Source: Dendrobates tinctorius
Lineage: Eukaryota
NCBI RefSeq assembly: GCF_039654945.1
Contig: NW_027362356.1
Coordinates: forward strand, 1 to 64,000
DNA: 64,000 bases
Direction: 5' to 3'
Below the pieces are notes generated by a model. The model saw only the letters and a list, made by a program, of their open reading frames with translations, ran no database searches and was not told the DNA's origin. Positions 59,601 to 64,000 of the stretch are shown here, piece after piece; position 1 is the first letter of the stretch; every line of letters begins with the position of its first letter. Made by a program: the position numbers and the translations under genes.

Positions 59601-62600
59601 AGGAGCACCCTGCATGGCCCCCCCATATATGAGGAGCACCCTTCCTAGGCCCGCTACATATGAGGAGCACCCTGCAAGGCCCCCCATATATGAGGAGCAC
59701 CCTGCAAGGCCCTCCACATATGAGGAGCACCCTGCAAGGCCCTCCACATATGAGGAGCACCCTGCAAGGCCCTCCACATATGAGGAGCACCCTGCAAGGC
59801 CCTCCACATATGAGGAGCACCCTGCAAGGCCTTAGAAAAAATAAGTCCAGTGCTGTAAGTCCATAAAATCCATTTTTCTTTTATTCCATCACTTCCAATA
59901 GAATAAAAACAATTAAGTCATAGTCGAGAACATTAAAATCAAACGCGTTTCTACGCAAAATCGTGCGTCTTAATCATTGACAAAGATCTACACAAAATAT
60001 GATAAGCACCTTGCAAGGCCCTCCACATATGAGGAGAACCCTGCAAGGCCCCCCCATATATGAGGAGCACCTGGCAAGGCCCGCCATATATGTGGAGCAC
60101 TCTGCAAGGCCCGCCATATATGTGGAGCACCCTGCAAGGCCCGCCATATATGTGGAGCACCCTGCAAGGCCCGCCATATATGAGGAGCACCCTGCAAGGC
60201 TCCCCATATATGAGGAGCACCCTGCAAGGCTCCCCATATATGAGGAGCACCCTGCAAGGCTCCCCATATATGAGGAGCACCCTGCAAGGCTCCCCATATA
60301 TGAGGAGCACCCTGCAAGGCTCCCCATATATGAGGAGCACCCGGCAAGGCCCGCCATATATGAGGAGCACCCTGCAAGGCCCCCTACATATAAGGAGCAC
60401 CCTGCAAGGCCCCCCATATACGAAGAGCACCCTGCAAGGCCCCCCATATATGAGGAGCACCCTGCAAGGCCCGCCATATATGAGGAGCACCCTGCAAGGC
60501 CCGCAATAAATGAGGAGCACCCGGCAAGGACCCTATATATGAGGAGCACCCTATGAGGCCCACCACATAAGAAGAGCACCCGGCAAGAACCACCACATAA
60601 GAAGAGCACCCGGCAAGAACCACCACATAAGAAGAGGGCTCACAATCTCCAAGGGATTGGTGAGGATAAAGTAGGTGAGGGCAGAGCTGGTCATGCAGCG
60701 GTTTGGTGGATCAGTGGTTGCTGCAGGTTGTAGGCTTGTCGGAAAAGGTAGGTCTTCAGGTTCCTTTTGAAGGTTTCCACTGTAGGCGAGAGTCTGATAT
60801 GTTGTGGTAGAGAGTTCCAGAGTAGGGGGGATGCGCGGGAGAAATCTTGTATGCGATTGTGGGAAGAAGAGATAAGAGGGGAGTACAGAAGGAGATCTTG
60901 TGAGGATGGGAGGTTGCATGTTAGTAGGTACCGGGAGACGCGGTCACAGATGTATGGAGGAGACAGGTTGTGGATGGCTTTTTATGCCATGGTTAGGGTT
61001 TTGAAATGGAGTCTCTGGGTAATGGAGAGCCAGTGTAGGAATTGTCAGAGAGGAGAGACCCGGGAATAGCGGGGGGGGATAGGTGGATTAGTCGGGCAGC
61101 ATTGTTTAAGATAGATTGGAGGGGTGAGAGAGTGTTAGAGGGGAGGTCACACAGCAGGAGGTTGCAGTAGTCTAAACGGGAGATGATGAGGGCATGCACT
61201 AGAGTTTTTGCAGATTCTAGGTTTAGGAATGTACGGATCCGGGAGATGTGGTTTGAAGGAGAGATCAGAATCAGGGATTACCCCGAGGCAGTGAGCTTGT
61301 GGGATTGGGGAGAGTGAGCAGCCATTTACTTTAAGGGATAGGTCTGTTGGGAGAGTCGAGTGAGATGGAGGAAAGATGATGAATTCTGTTTTGCCCATGT
61401 TAAGTTTTAGAAATCTAGCAGAGAAGAAGGATGAAATAGCAGACAGACATTGTGGGATTTTGGTTAGTAGGGAGGTGATATCTTGTCTCAAAGAGGTAGA
61501 TCTGTGTGTCATCAGCATAGAGGTGATACTGAAAGCCATGAGATTCTATGAGCTGTCCCAGGCCGAAGGCGTAAATGGAGAAGAGCGGGAGCCCTAGGAC
61601 TGAACCTTGCGGAACTCCGACAGATAGGGGGAGAAAGGTGAGGAGGTGGCATGTGAGTGGGAAACGCTGAATGTCCGGTCTGTTAGAACAAGATCCAAGA
61701 TAGGGCCAAGTCTGTGAAGCCAAGAGATGTAGTAATAAGGAGTGGTCCACTGTGTCAAAGGCAGAGGACCGGTCCAGGAGGAGGAGGACAGAGTAGTGTC
61801 ACTTGGCCTTGGCGGTTAATAGGTCATTGGTGACCTTAGTTAGGGCAGTTTCAGTAGAGTGATGGGGCCAGAAACCAGATTCTAAGCGGTTGAAGAGGGA
61901 GCAGGAAAAGAGGTGGGAGGACAGTTCGAAATGGACTTGTTGTTCTAGTAGGTTTGAGGCAAAGGGGAGAAGTGATATGAGGTGATATCTAGATACAGAG
62001 GTTGGTCTAGAGAGTGCTTTTTGAGGATTGGTGTGATTGTGACATGTTTAAAGCTTGAGGGGAAAACACCAGTTGTTAGTGATAGGTTGAAGAGATGGAT
62101 TAGGGTTGGGATGAAGACTGTGGTGAAGTTGGGGATGAAGTGGGATAGGATCAGGTCATAGTGCGCAGATGGCGAAATGTGATCTCGAGAGTAGGGCGGA
62201 AAGTGGAAAGTTGGTCTTCTATAATGGTGGAGAAGCTGGTTTTGGAGGAGGAGGGCTGAGTAGTTAGGAATAGGGGTTGTGGAGGTTGTAGGTCAAAGCT
62301 TTCTCTGATGTTATCAATCTTCTGTTTAAAGAATGACACATATAAAGAGCACCCCAAAAGGCCCAGCATATATGAGGAGCACCCTGCAAGAACTACCATA
62401 TATGAAGAGCAACCCAAAAGGCCCACCATATTTGAAAACCACCCCCCGCAGGCCTGTCACATACCGTGATTGCCCCCAAATCATGATCGCCCTCTCAAAC
62501 CCGGCCGCAAAACAGGAACGATCCATGAGGCCTGACTCATACTAAAAACGCCCCCCAAACGTGGCCGCAAACTCGGAACGCTTTGCAAGGCCCGCCACTT

Positions 62601-63949
62601 GCCGGGAACACCCCGTAAGGCCCACTGCATACAGGAAACGCCCCACAAGACCATTCAAATACCGGGAACGCCCCTCAAACGTGGTCGCAAATAGTGACCT
62701 CCCCTGCATATCGGGAACGCCCTGCAAGGCTCATCGCATACTGGGAATGCCCACCGCACACCAGGAACGCCACACAAAGCCTGCCGCATACAGGGAACAC
62801 CCCCACATACCGGAAACGGCTCAGAAGCCCATCTGCATACGGGGAACAACCCACAAGACTTGCTGTTTTGTAGATGTTATGACTACTGGGATTACAGTTT
62901 GGCCCTTGTCGCTTCGCTCTCATCTTTACACTTGGTCCTTTTTCCACATTGCTGCCTGACATCCCCCGCGCAGAAGCCATTGTTAGACATCCGGTGTTCT
63001 GCTCTCCCTCTGTGGTGTATGGCGACTGAGCAGTGTCTGTCTCCACAGTTGCAGTCTAGCCGTCCAGCTGTCTCGGATTCGGGAGAGTGTACTGATAATT
63101 TCCACGGACCCCGCTCATAACATCTCTGATGCCTTCGACCAGAAGTTCTCCAAGGTCCCCACCAAAGTGCGCGGCTATGACAACCTATTTGCCATGGTGA
63201 GTTGTCTCTCTTCTTCCAATGTTTATCAATCTATCTGATATCTATCCAGATAATTCCCCTTCCCCCGCGTCTTGTGTGCAGGAGATAGACCCCAGTCTGG
63301 GGGTGGCCGAGTTACCTGACGAGATCTTTGAGGAGGACAATATGCTGAGTATGGGCAAGAAGATGATGCAGGAAGCCATGAGCGCCTTCCCCGGGATAGA
63401 CGAAGCCATGAGCTATGCAGAGGTGATGAGGTGAGGCATCGGCACACGTGTCCACACACATCGGCCTTTCCGAAGCAGAATATGATAAAGTGATCGGGGC
63501 GGGTTCCTCCCGGGACATTTTCCATGTCTTTAACCTTGCATCTTCTATTTAACGTGCAAACATACCATTGCTGATTATGCTTATCTCTTTCAGGTTGGTA
63601 AAAGGGATGAATTTCTCAGTGGTGGTCTTTGATACGGCCCCTACTGGCCACACACTTCGACTTCTCAATTTCCCGACCATTGTGGAACGAGGCCTGGGAA
63701 GACTCATGCAGATCAAGAATCAGATCAGCCCGTTCATATCCCAGGTAAAGCCGCTCCTCATCCATCAGTTGGTATAAGTCTTTGTACCCGCTGTGAGACC
63801 TAAGAATAATCACACCCTGATGATACTTCTCTTGCCCTCAGATGTGCAACATGTTGGGACTTGGTGACATGAATGCCGATCAACTCGCTTCCAAGCTAGA
63901 AGAGACTCTGCCGGTCATCCGATCAGTCAGCGAGCAGTTCAAGGATCCG
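56700..63949 (+). CDS. GET3: ATPase GET3/ASNA1 (TRC40), exons 1-5; continues past window end
   Basis: Exons 56700-56842, 63049-63196, 63282-63430, 63594-63744 and 63842-63949, in phase. Motifs: [20 protein letters not shown] deviant Walker [27 protein letters not shown] and [15 protein letters not shown]. Confidence 0.96.
57230..60630. repeat. 30-33-bp minisatellite (ATAYATGARGAGCACCCTGCAAGGCCCCCC) in GET3 intron 1
   Basis: About 100 units. Interrupted at 59832-59998; degenerate continuation at 62335-62860. Confidence 0.96.
59832..59998 (-). mobile_element. Short Penelope-like terminal fragment with minimal hammerhead-like motif (59938-59981)
   Basis: Minus strand reads GTCA-ATGATTA-AG-ACGCA-CGATTT-TGCGT-A-GAAA-CGCG-TT-TGAT, then AATAAA and TTTTATGGA...CTGGAC. 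It is inserted in the minisatellite. Confidence 0.55.
60636..62332 (-). mobile_element. L2-clade LINE fragment (RT region, frameshifted)
   Basis: [28 protein letters not shown] and [15 protein letters not shown] motifs occur in different minus-strand frames. Confidence 0.9.
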
Positions 63950-64000
63950 GTGAGATGTGCAACTCATGGGACAGAATATCAGCCTGCAATCTAATCTAAT

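Noticed and set aside
57078-60626. Many long repetitive ORFs on both strands
   Set aside because: They are products of the 30-33-bp intronic minisatellite in GET3 intron 1.

Overview
Vertebrate genomic DNA, most likely an anuran amphibian (inferred from the gene sequences and repeat landscape; not provable from this window). It holds a conserved four-gene block. TNPO2 is on the minus strand (promoter, non-coding exon 1 and nine coding exons; the gene runs off the window start). An RNF11-family RING-H2 gene is complete on the plus strand. TRIR/C19orf43 is complete on the minus strand. GET3/ASNA1 is on the plus strand (first five exons) and shares a bidirectional promoter with TRIR. The introns carry three copies of a SNORD41/U41-like box C/D snoRNA (two in TNPO2, one in TRIR) and one U12-type minor intron. 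The rest is dense with repeats: a near-intact Gmr1-type LTR retrotransposon (integrase before RT), an oddly structured non-autonomous LTR element with a 16-bp flanking duplication, five Tc1/mariner elements (two with intact DD34E transposases, one DD38E whose start codon is flipped by a 28-bp micro-inversion), a hAT-type non-autonomous element, L2/CR1 fragments, and more than ten minisatellite arrays. The most unusual signals are four minimal hammerhead-ribozyme-like motifs in Penelope-like remnants, two of them back-to-back in a ~360-bp palindrome in a TNPO2 intron. All coordinates were read by eye and family assignments come from recalled motifs, not database searches.
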